Assembly: GCA_003210755.1 (NCBI GenBank)
Contig: QCUL01000013.1
Span: 196-64,195, forward strand
Direction: 5' to 3'
Source of the DNA: Synechococcus sp. AG-679-C18
Lineage (GTDB): Bacteria > Cyanobacteriota > Cyanobacteriia > PCC-6307 > Cyanobiaceae
DNA length: 64,000 nucleotides
Shown: piece by piece, positions 7,875-16,711 of the stretch
How the letters are laid out: every line of letters begins with the position of its first letter
How positions within the stretch are numbered: the first letter of the stretch is position 1
The notes under the pieces: generated by a model
What the model saw: only the letters and a program-made list of their open reading frames with translations
Databases searched by the model: none
Told to the model about the DNA's origin: nothing
Program-made: the position numbers and the translations under genes

Positions 7875-8132
7875 TTGACCGACGGCAACTCACAAAGACA
7901 ATTGGACCCTGCAATGAAAGAGCGTCTCTTAAAGGAATCACGCACTCCCTGGCGTGCTCTCAGGCGTTTGATCTGGTTTGCTCTCTTCGCTTCCGGTGGC
8001 CTTGGGTTGTTCGTCATGACCTTGAGGGTCACTGCTGGAAATGATGTTGTTCTCAGTGATCTCGTGATTCAGATCGGTGCTGTTGTCCTCTTCGGTGGTT
8101 TGCTTTGGCTGGATCGAACCAGAGAAAACTGA
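7875..8132 (+). CDS. two-TM conserved cyanobacterial/plastid-type protein (DUF3493-like by recollection)
   Basis: 85 aa. ...KERLLKESRTPWRALRRLIWFALFASGGLGLFVMTLRVTAG... followed by a second helix. The start may be the internal Met (MKERLL). Confidence 0.55.
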   Translation: MTDGNSQRQLDPAMKERLLKESRTPWRALRRLIWFALFASGGLGLFVMTLRVTAGNDVVLSDLVIQIGAVVLFGGLLWLDRTREN

Positions 8133-8879
8133 ATCTGTTGCTTCCGTTGAGTTCAAAGGTTCTTCTTCATTCCTGGCAACAACTTCTTGCTCTACACGAT
8201 CTTCTTTTGACTTGTCAGAGGTTTGCTCAGGACTACTTGTGTCAATAGTTTTATTGTCTACATCTAATGTTTGAAGTTTGAACTTGGGAGCATCCCATTC
8301 AAGATTTCTCAGCCGAAGAAGACTAAAGCCGAGTGAAAGCCTTGATTGTTCAAGTTCTAAATCACTCATTATTGAAGCCTCATCGATAGCTTTTGACGGA
8401 CGAGTAAGGAGCCAGATTGTTTGGACCAACTGATGCCATTGCCAAAAAATCACTGCCAGTATCGGTGTTGAGATCAGCAGACTTTTCAGTCGATGCCCAC
8501 CCGATAAGGGAGAAAGTTCCGAAACAAGCAAGGAGGAACGGTCGATCCACCAGAACAAACCAAGCAGTAGAACGGCCCCTGAAGCACCCACCAGCTTTAT
8601 GAACAAGTTGTCCTGGAGGCGGCTTATTTTTCGTTGCCAGAGGTTGCGTTCTGCTATCCGCTGACGAACTAGTAAAAGTGAACCCCAGTCAACCGGTTTT
8701 TTCCAAAACAGGACCGCCGGTGCAATAACGGCTATTCCCCAGCACAGGAGACGTTCAATAGGGGGCACCGGACCAAGATCAGAGCTCGCCAAAATCAATC
8801 GAAGCAGCTGTAGCTCCAGTGGAATGGCTCCAATTGCCACCAACTGGAGCCAGAGAAGCGGCTCGCTTCTAGAGGACAT
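7938..8879 (-). CDS. membrane protein with acidic low-complexity C-terminal tail
   Basis: 313 aa. Four or five N-terminal TM segments, then a Ser/Thr/Glu/Asp/Pro-rich tail. Its ATG overlaps the infB stop (TGATG), so it is probably the last gene of the rimP-nusA-infB operon. Confidence 0.65.
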   Translation of the reverse strand: MSSRSEPLLWLQLVAIGAIPLELQLLRLILASSDLGPVPPIERLLCWGIAVIAPAVLFWKKPVDWGSLLLVRQRIAERNLWQRKISRLQDNLFIKLVGASGAVLLLGLFWWIDRSSLLVSELSPLSGGHRLKSLLISTPILAVIFWQWHQLVQTIWLLTRPSKAIDEASIMSDLELEQSRLSLGFSLLRLRNLEWDAPKFKLQTLDVDNKTIDTSSPEQTSDKSKEDRVEQEVVARNEEEPLNSTEATDSVFSGSIQPKQTTEEDNSTDLNHEITENNIISSSDPQGHDEQPKATGSEESKPDQTPESTPGSA

Positions 8880-11800
8880 CAGGTGGCTAGCTTGCGGCGC
8901 TGGGTCACAAGTTTGTAGCCCTCAACAATGTCCCCATCCTTCCAATTGGCAAAGCGATCACAGCCGATTCCGCATTCGAATCCTGTGGCCACATCTTTAA
9001 CATCGTCTTTGTTTCTGCGTAGAGAATCGAGATCTCCAGCAAAGACAATTTCATTGCCACGACGGACGCGTACCTTGCAGTTCCGCTGAAGTTTCCCAGT
9101 TGTGATGTAACAACCCGCTACAGCGCTCTTACCAATCGTGAAGACAGCCCGGACTTCAGCTTCACCAAGAGACTCCTCAACAAGTTCTGGTTCAAGAAGA
9201 CCCTCCATCGCTAATTGAATGTCCTCCAGCAACTTGTAGATCACGTCGTAATCGCGAACGTCAACGCTGTTTGCATCTGCAGCTCGTTTCGCACCTGAAG
9301 CCATCGAAGTGTTAAATCCCACGATCACGGCTCCAGATGCCGCCGCTAAATCGACATCGGTTTCCGTGACTTCGCCAGGAGCAGAAAGCAAGACACGCAC
9401 CTGAACCTCGTCCTTCGGGAGCTGTTCAAGAGAGCCAAGGATTGCCTCCACACTGCCTTGAACATCGGCCTTGAGAATGAGATTGAGCTCTTTGAGTTCT
9501 CCCTCTTTTGCTTGGCCAGACATGGCCGTGAGAGACACTCGCCGTGAGGCCATTTGTTGAGCCAGACGACTGGCACGGGCATCTGAGGCGCGATCGCCTA
9601 CAACAGCGCGTGCTGACTTCTCATCGGGATAGACCTCAAACTCGTCGCCTGCAGTGGGCACTTCGCTGAAACCAAGTGCTTCCACAGCACAGGAAGGACC
9701 GGCTTCTTTCAAACGGCCGCCGCCGTCGTCCACCATGGCGCGCACTTTTCCAAGAACCGGTCCTGCGGCAAGCACGTCACCAGTGCGGAGCGTGCCGTTC
9801 TGAACCAGCAATGTGGCTACAGGGCCTTTGGCCTTGTCGAGATGGGCCTCGATCACGGTGCCTTTTGCGAGTCGATCGGGGTTGGCTTGTAAATCCTCTA
9901 CCTCGGTCACGAGAAGGATCATTTCAAGCAACTTGTCGATGTTTTCTCCGCGGAGGGCACTGACGGGCACCATCACCACATCGCCTCCCCAATCTTCCGC
10001 CAGCAGGTTCTGTTCAGAGAGTTCCTGTTTGACGCGATCGGGGGAGGCTCCCTCTTTGTCGATCTTGTTGATCGCCACAACAACCGGCACTTCTGCCGCT
10101 CGTGCGTGGCTGATCGCTTCCAAAGTCTGCGGCCGCACACCATCATCTGCCGCAACCACAAGGACAGCAACGTCGGTGACCTTCGTTCCTCGAGCACGCA
10201 TGGCGGTGAAAGCCTCGTGTCCTGGGGTGTCCAGGAAGGTGAGCCTCTGAGGGGAATCGTTGTGCTGAATCTCGACTTGATAGGCACCAATGTGTTGGGT
10301 GATTCCACCGGCTTCTCCAGCGGCGACGCGCGCTTTGCGGATCGCATCGAGAAGGCTCGTCTTGCCATGGTCCACATGACCCATGACAGTGACCACGGGA
10401 GGACGGCGAATGAGATGAGCGCGGTCTTTCTCTTCGATCATCTCGACGGTCTTCTTGGCCGCCTCTTCGACATCGTCCTGAAGTACAGGTACGCCGAATT
10501 CTTGGGCCACAGCTTCAATAGTTGGCATGTCCAAGGTCTGCGTGACCGTGGCGATGACACCTTTGAAGAACAAAGATTTGATGATCTCAGAGCTTTCGAT
10601 GCTGAGCATGTCAGCGAGCTCTTGCACCGTGAGATTGTCTTCTGGGACCACGATCATCTCGGGACGTACCTGTTTGGCCTCCCTTGCTGCACGAAGTTCC
10701 ATTGCGCGCCGCCGCTGACGCTGACGTGCGGTTTCCTTACGCCGCTTCCTGATCGCAGCAACTGGCTTGGGAGCTGGCTTGTGCTTGGTTCTCGGCTTGG
10801 AAGGACGCGCCAGGCTGGCGGACAGAACCATGGCCTGCTGTTCACCAGCGAAGCCTCCTGTCTCAGCGGTGAGGGCATCATCGTTTTCGCCAATAATGTG
10901 GACTTTTTGGCGCTGTTTTTGCGGTGATTTGCTGCGCAGAGCTTCCAGCTTCGCGCTGTCATCCCAGTCAGGTCGTCCAGGCCTTCGCTGTCCACCAGCT
11001 CCAGGGCCAGGTCGGAAGCCTGGTCTCCTTGGGGCTGATGGCGGGGTGGCTGTAGGCCTAGAAACAGGGGGAGTTGCTTTGGCTCCTCCAGGTGCTGCTT
11101 CACCGCTACGGGCTGCAACGGGTGAGCCGTCAACGCGCCTCGGCGGCGGCGCAGAAGGACGGTTATTTGGCTTTTGGAGCTGCATAAGCTCACCAGGAGC
11201 CACCGGCTTGCGCATCCCTGGCATGCCACCAGGACGGGGGGGCTCCTGGTCTTGGCGCGCCTGATGAACGTCCTGGTCCATCTCCACGACCACTGCTGTC
11301 CCCATCTCTGCGGATGGGCTTACCAACCAGTTCGAGGCCCCCAGCGCCTGAGCGAGGTTGGCCTGGTTTTGTAGGTGCGCTACCAGGCCTAATAGGAGCT
11401 CCTGGGCGCTGAGCTCCTGCTGGTCGTTGCGGCATATTGGCGCGCTGTCCAGGAGGACCACTTGGCCGAGGACTCACACCTGGGCGCTGACCGATTTGAC
11501 GTACGGGAGCCCCAGGCGCGGGACGTTTGGGCTGGGGCCGACCAACGAGCTCTGGTTTCGGTGCTGGTCGTTGGGGCGCCCCGCGGTTGACGGGGGCTTT
11601 GGGTTGAGGACGAGAAGGTGGAGAGGACGGTCGCCCACTGCTGGAATCTCCCGATCGCTTGATAGGAGAGGTCCCTGTGGGCCGCACGGGAACAGGAGTC
11701 GGTCTCGCAGAAGTCGGACGTTGAGGCGCAGAAGGAGCCGAGGCAGCCGGGGGGTGAATCGAGGGTTTTGGGGCCGAAGGCGCGGGAGCTGCCGTTGGTT

Positions 11801-12239
11801 TTGGCCGTGGTGAAGGCGCAGAAGTTGTAGGAGCGCTTTGACGGTTGACAGGCTTCTGTGGTGCCGGTTGGCGTGAAACAGGTTTCTGTATTACCGGGGG
11901 CTGGGGAGCCTCTGGTCGCGAAGGCGCAGAAGGTTTTGGACTCGGTTTAACTGCCGTTTGACCTACGGGTTTACTGGGCATGGACGGAGCTGATGGGCTG
12001 GATGCTTTTTGGACCGAGAGGATCGCTTTGCCTGCTGCGGGCTTTAGGGGAGCAGATGCCGTTGGCTTGCCACCTTGGCTCAGAAGACTTCGGATTTTTC
12101 CCGCTTCTGATTCACTAATGGAACTGCTGTGGCTTCTGGCCGAGATGGACAGCTTCTCGGCGGCATCCAGGACATCTTTGTTCTCCAAGCCAAGGTCCTT
12201 GGACAACTCATAAATTCTGACTTTGCCGCTGCTGGTCAT
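8879..12239 (-). CDS. infB: translation initiation factor IF-2, reading frame interrupted (one extra nucleotide)
   Basis: ORF 11190..12239 starts [30 protein letters not shown] (IF2 N-domain) and continues Pro/Gly/Arg-rich. ORF 8879..11461 carries [19 protein letters not shown]..., the [13 protein letters not shown]-domain and the C-terminal domains. The total span of 3361 nt is 3n+1. Confidence 0.9.
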
Positions 12240-12301
12240 TCAGGTCTCCGATCGGTCCGGGCAGGGTGTGCCTCGGGGCTCCACACACGCGGAGCCAATG
12301 T

Positions 12302-12583
12302 TCATTTTGCCTCAGCGTCTGCTACCCGGTATTGGGTGAGTCGCTCCTGCAACGCCGTCATTAGATCATCAGGAACCTGACAACGCAGGGATTTCTGAAG
12401 TCTTTTTCGGCGGCGTGCCTCCTCAAGACAGGCCTCATTCGCACAGAGGTAGGCCGAGCGACCCATCCCCTGATCGAGGCAGACCCCATTCTGATGGTCA
12501 CGAATCACTCGCCACAGCATGCTGCGATCGAGCAGCTGACGGCAGGCAACACAGCGACGGAGAACAGGGCGCGAAACGTTCAC
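12302..12583 (-). CDS. ylxR: YlxR/DUF448-family RNA-binding protein
   Basis: 93 aa. RRCVACRQ...R...GRSAYLC... motif. Sits between nusA and infB. Its start overlaps the nusA stop. Confidence 0.8.
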   Translation of the reverse strand: MNVSRPVLRRCVACRQLLDRSMLWRVIRDHQNGVCLDQGMGRSAYLCANEACLEEARRRKRLQKSLRCQVPDDLMTALQERLTQYRVADAEAK

Positions 12584-14055
12584 CGGGCCTCTTCCTCGTC
12601 CAGGGTTGTGTTGGTATCAACGTTTGAAACATCTTCAGCAACGGGTTGTTCGTCTTGCTGTTGAGGTTCGCCGTCTGTTTGTTCTATTGACTCAGCAAGC
12701 TGATCCTGGCCTGCTGCTTCGGTCTCGTCGTAATACTCACCATCTTCTGAATATCCCTCCTCGTCTTCGGGAAGGGGATAAAGCTCACGCAGTCGGGCAT
12801 CTTCTTCGGCTCTTGCAGTTTGTTCAATTGCAAGCCGTTCTTCAGCTTCTCGCTGAAGAGCTTCTTCCTCTTCTCTCTGTGAGATCAGTTCTGCGACGAC
12901 AGCATCTTCAGCCGTTTGGTCATATTCAGTGGAATTTTTGATGTCGATCTTCCAGCCAGTCAATCGAGCGGCAAGGCGCACGTTTTGCCCCTCTCGGCCG
13001 ATGGCAAGGCTGAGTTGATCTGGAGGCACGAGAACATGTGCATGCTGCCCCTCTGGATCAACAAGTCGCACAACTTCAACGCGAGCAGGACTTAGAGAAT
13101 TGGCGATGTATTGGCTGGGGTCATGAGACCAGCGAATGACGTCAATCTTTTCACCGCGAAGTTCATTCACCACCTGTTGAATACGAGAGCCACGTGCTCC
13201 GATACAGGCTCCAACTGGGTCGACCTCTCTCTCGATGCTGTCGACAGCCACTTTGGTGCGGGGACCTACTGATCGGGAGGGTGGATTCGCCTCGCGGGCG
13301 ACTGCAACGATGCGCACCGAGCCCTCCTGAATCTCGGGGACTTCATTTTCGAAGAGATAAACCACAAGACCTGCATTGGCTCGACTAACGAACAGCTGAG
13401 GTCCACGACGCGGGACCTCGCTGACCTCTTTGAGAAACACCTTGAAGGTGGCATTGGCTCGATAGTTGTCGTTAGGAAGTTGGTCGCGCCTGGGCAATTC
13501 AGCCTCTACTTCAGGACGCCCCAGTCCTGAACTCACCGCCATGATGATTGACTGACGCTCGAACCGAATCACTCTTGCTGTGAGGACTGGGTCCTCGAGG
13601 TCTGCAAACTCTTCCTGAATCATCCGCCTCTGTTGATCTCGAAGCTTTTGAGCCAGTACTTGCTTGGTAGTGGCGGCTGCCATGCGTCCGAAATCTTCTT
13701 TTTCGGGAGTGACATCCAAGACGACAGTGTCACCAGCCTGGGCGTCATCGGCCACTTGCATCACCTCAGACAAGGCGATCTGATGATCTTCACTTTCGAC
13801 TTCGTCAACAATGATTTTGCTGGCGAGAACCCTGTAACCCTCTTCGTCTAGATCGAGACCGACATCAAAATTACTGAAATATTCTTCGTCAAAAGGATCT
13901 TCACTGATCCCTAAATAAAGAGTGCGTCGATAGCGTTCATAGCCTTTTAAAAGGGCTTCGCGTAATGCCGCCTCAACAACCTGAGGGGGAAGCTTTTTTT
14001 CCTCGCTGATGTCTTCGATCAGGTTGCTGAGGCCGGGGAGAAGGACGAGAGCCAT
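12580..14055 (-). CDS. nusA: transcription termination/antitermination factor NusA
   Basis: 491 aa. N-terminal domain, S1 and two KH regions (ACIGARGSRIQ, AIGREGQNVRLA), and an acidic C-terminal tail. Confidence 0.95.
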   Translation of the reverse strand: MALVLLPGLSNLIEDISEEKKLPPQVVEAALREALLKGYERYRRTLYLGISEDPFDEEYFSNFDVGLDLDEEGYRVLASKIIVDEVESEDHQIALSEVMQVADDAQAGDTVVLDVTPEKEDFGRMAAATTKQVLAQKLRDQQRRMIQEEFADLEDPVLTARVIRFERQSIIMAVSSGLGRPEVEAELPRRDQLPNDNYRANATFKVFLKEVSEVPRRGPQLFVSRANAGLVVYLFENEVPEIQEGSVRIVAVAREANPPSRSVGPRTKVAVDSIEREVDPVGACIGARGSRIQQVVNELRGEKIDVIRWSHDPSQYIANSLSPARVEVVRLVDPEGQHAHVLVPPDQLSLAIGREGQNVRLAARLTGWKIDIKNSTEYDQTAEDAVVAELISQREEEEALQREAEERLAIEQTARAEEDARLRELYPLPEDEEGYSEDGEYYDETEAAGQDQLAESIEQTDGEPQQQDEQPVAEDVSNVDTNTTLDEEEAR

Positions 14056-14109
14056 CGTTGACGGAAGGGAAAGTCTGGGAAAAAAGTGAAGTTGGGGTGC
14101 GGCTCGAAA

Positions 14110-14577
14110 TCAGCCTGTGGGGTTGGTGAGCTCGACAGAAATAATGGAGTTTCGTGAGATGCGCTTGATTCGCCCGTGAATGCTGATCTGCACGTGGTCT
14201 TCTGTTCGTTCCAATAAAGTTCCGGAGTGTTTCTGCTCGATGCCTGCGCCATCACGGTGGATCACATCAACCGGGTAACGACGAAAAGTCTGGAAATCGC
14301 GATCCGAATGGAGATGTTCTCCGATTCCTGGACTACTGATCTCCAAAACATATGGGTCGGAGAGAACCCCAGCATCCTCAAGGGCTTGACCCATTGGTGA
14401 GCTGAAGCCGGCGCAATCATCCAACGTCACATCGTGTCCGTTGGAATGTCTGATCTGGATCTGCACCGTCATGGGTTGCATGTGGGCTAGGACCTGCAAA
14501 TCAGCCAAATGAAAGCCGTGGTCTGCAGCTGTGGCAGAAGCCAATTCCTTTAAATCAGGGAGCAGAGGGTGGGGCAA
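14110..14577 (-). CDS. rimP: ribosome maturation factor RimP
   Basis: ORF 14110..14652. ...PHPLLPDLKELA...EISSPGIGE... The likely start is TTG at 14577 (M-PHPLLPDL, as I recall for picocyanobacterial RimP). The maximal ORF starts at 14652. Confidence 0.85.
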   Translation of the reverse strand: MPHPLLPDLKELASATAADHGFHLADLQVLAHMQPMTVQIQIRHSNGHDVTLDDCAGFSSPMGQALEDAGVLSDPYVLEISSPGIGEHLHSDRDFQTFRRYPVDVIHRDGAGIEQKHSGTLLERTEDHVQISIHGRIKRISRNSIISVELTNPTG

Positions 14578-14690
14578 TGGCAATCTGAGAGGGTGTCGGG
14601 TGTAGGCCCGATGGTTGATGCTGCGATCACCCTCCCGGAGAGAGGAACTCACCAGGCCTTTTTCAATGTAGTTGATTGCCCCTCTCCGGT

Positions 14691-15197
14691 TCAGTTGCAG
14701 CCCTGCACCGAAATGCGGTAACTGAATCCCGTCGCTCCAGGATCGTTGCTGGCACCAACCTTGAAGTTCACCTGGCTGACGGCTTTTTCTGAAGGTGATT
14801 GAAATGGTCCGAACTGCGCTCCGGTGCCTGTTGGAGGCTTCATTAATTCGTTAACAACTCTGAGGTTGCTGCCGTCAGTGAATTTCAAAAAGGCTTCGAT
14901 TGGATAAGCACCTGGCTGACTGTCAGAAGAGTCTGCTGTGAAGAACAGTTTGTAGGAGGCAAAAGGTTGGTTCACTACAAAGTCGGTGTTCCAGTTGCTT
15001 CGGCCAATCAATTTCGTACGTTGAACCCTCTTCTTGACGATGTAAGGCTTAGGGCCGTCGCCATTGCCGCCGATCGGCGTAAGGAACTTGCAACTTGCTT
15101 GAGCTGCTGATGTTTGAGTCAAAATCAGCGTTGAACAAGCTGCTAAGACACCGATAATTGAAACTGACCTGCGGGCCTTGTATGTAAGTGAAAACAT
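14691..15197 (-). CDS. secreted protein of unknown function, last gene of the Gly-rich-repeat/rSAM cassette
   Basis: 168 aa. N-terminal signal peptide (IIGVLAACSTLILTQTSAAQA). The mature part has exactly two Cys, near the mature N terminus (SCKF) and at the C terminus (QGCN). Composition is beta-rich. Starts 17 nt after the rSAM stop. Confidence 0.6.
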   Translation of the reverse strand: MFSLTYKARRSVSIIGVLAACSTLILTQTSAAQASCKFLTPIGGNGDGPKPYIVKKRVQRTKLIGRSNWNTDFVVNQPFASYKLFFTADSSDSQPGAYPIEAFLKFTDGSNLRVVNELMKPPTGTGAQFGPFQSPSEKAVSQVNFKVGASNDPGATGFSYRISVQGCN

Positions 15198-15214
15198 GGT
15201 TGTTGTTGAAGTGA

Positions 15215-16366
15215 TCAGGGTGCTTTCACCCCGTTGGCCTCAATTTGTTCAAGAAGTACGTTGACCGGGATTTGGGTCGAGAAGCGACAGGCGCAGGTCT
15301 CGCTAGCGGCAAGTGTTCCATGTTCCCAATACTTGTTGCTTCCGTTGCCTCCGCCACAGAAGCCGTAATAGTCACATTGTTCACGACACAGCGTTGTGCC
15401 ATGGCTCATGTCTTTAAGCAATCGATGAAAAGTATCACTTTGCGTGGCTTCAACGAGAGTGTGATCACGGATATTCCCTAAATTAAACAATCCATATTTT
15501 TTAGTTTCGACGGATAGTAATTCTGGATCAAAGGTTGAAAAATTACCCGCTGAGTCAACACTTAGAATGGAATAGGGTCGATTCATCTCATTTTGAAGCA
15601 GCCTTTGCCCGCCTGCGATCATCTCCATTACTTGATCAAATTCACGCAATCGAATTGGGAATCCATCTTTTTGATTGTAGTTCCAGAAGGATTTTAAGAA
15701 GTTGTGGTATTGCTTTTCTCGGTCTAGACCTTGCATAGAAGATTGAGAATTGACGCCTTCCTGTTCTTCAACATTGAAGCCGAGATCGTGAATTCCGTTA
15801 TCACGAAAAAAGGTGTACATCCGCTTTGGGTCATCCAATGCAGAGCTTGTTAAAACTGCGATGGCATGGACAGGAATGTTGTGCTTTTGGAGTTTGCGAA
15901 TGCCGCGCATGGTCAGCGCATAGGAGCCTTTTCCATTGCGGAAGCGTCGATGGGAATCATGAATGCTTTCCGGGCCATCAATGCTGACTCCCACCACGAT
16001 GCGATTGCGTTTAAAGCATTCACACCATTGGTCATTGATCAACGTGGCATTGGTCTGAACATGTTGCTCAATCTGCACGCCTTGATTTTGTAGTTCAGAG
16101 GTTTGCTCAGCCAGGATGGTGCTGGCCTCGTCGTAGAAACTGCAGGGCAAGGTCAAGGGTTCGCCTGCGTGCCAGAGAATGGAGAGTTGAGGTCCCCAAA
16201 AAGGACTTTCGTAGATTCTTTCGACCAGGATGGGCAGCTGGTTGAGATCAAAAACGCGCCGTTTCTGGCGATCAGGCAAATAGCAATAACTGCAATCGAG
16301 ATTGCACAGAGAGGTTGCCTGAATCACTAGTAGGCCAATAGGGCCATAGTCAGCGTGGTTCACCAA
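15215..16366 (-). CDS. radical SAM/SPASM-domain peptide maturase (GRRM-system / three-residue-cyclophane-type candidate)
   Basis: 383 aa. CNLDCSYCY (CX3CX2C) at residues 21-29. Cys-rich C-terminal region CREQCDYYGFCGGG...ETCACRF. The GTG start overlaps the precursor stop (TGGTGA). Confidence 0.85.
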   Translation of the reverse strand: MVNHADYGPIGLLVIQATSLCNLDCSYCYLPDRQKRRVFDLNQLPILVERIYESPFWGPQLSILWHAGEPLTLPCSFYDEASTILAEQTSELQNQGVQIEQHVQTNATLINDQWCECFKRNRIVVGVSIDGPESIHDSHRRFRNGKGSYALTMRGIRKLQKHNIPVHAIAVLTSSALDDPKRMYTFFRDNGIHDLGFNVEEQEGVNSQSSMQGLDREKQYHNFLKSFWNYNQKDGFPIRLREFDQVMEMIAGGQRLLQNEMNRPYSILSVDSAGNFSTFDPELLSVETKKYGLFNLGNIRDHTLVEATQSDTFHRLLKDMSHGTTLCREQCDYYGFCGGGNGSNKYWEHGTLAASETCACRFSTQIPVNVLLEQIEANGVKAP

Positions 16367-16674
16367 TTAGCGAAGCCTCTGTTGTAACCATTCGCGAAAC
16401 CGCGTCCGCCACCGTTTGCAAAGCCACGGGCTCGCCCTCCACCGTTACCCCAAGCGCGGCCACCACCATTGCCCCAGGCTCTTGCGATGAGATCGGGATT
16501 GTTGGGACGACTTTGTTCGAGCGCAGTCCAGGCATCCGTTGAAAGGTTATCGATGCGTTGCTCGAGTGCATTTCCAGGGTCGGGCTGGCTCAGAACCGCA
16601 GATTGAGATGCATTGGTGAGGACTGAACTTGAGGCGAGAATGGCAGCGATGCTGAGCAGAGTTGTTTTGTTCAT
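16360..16674 (-). CDS. Gly-rich repeat RiPP precursor peptide with N-terminal signal-like sequence
   Basis: Internal Met of ORF 16360..16818: MNKTTLLSIAAILASSSVLTNASQ...ARAWGNGGGRAWGNGGGRARGFANGGGRGFANGYNRGFANW (104 aa). Immediately upstream of, and overlapping, the rSAM/SPASM gene. Confidence 0.8.
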   Translation of the reverse strand: MNKTTLLSIAAILASSSVLTNASQSAVLSQPDPGNALEQRIDNLSTDAWTALEQSRPNNPDLIARAWGNGGGRAWGNGGGRARGFANGGGRGFANGYNRGFANW

Positions 16675-16711
16675 GGATGAAGTGAATGTCAGTAGATAGG
16701 AGAAATAAGAA

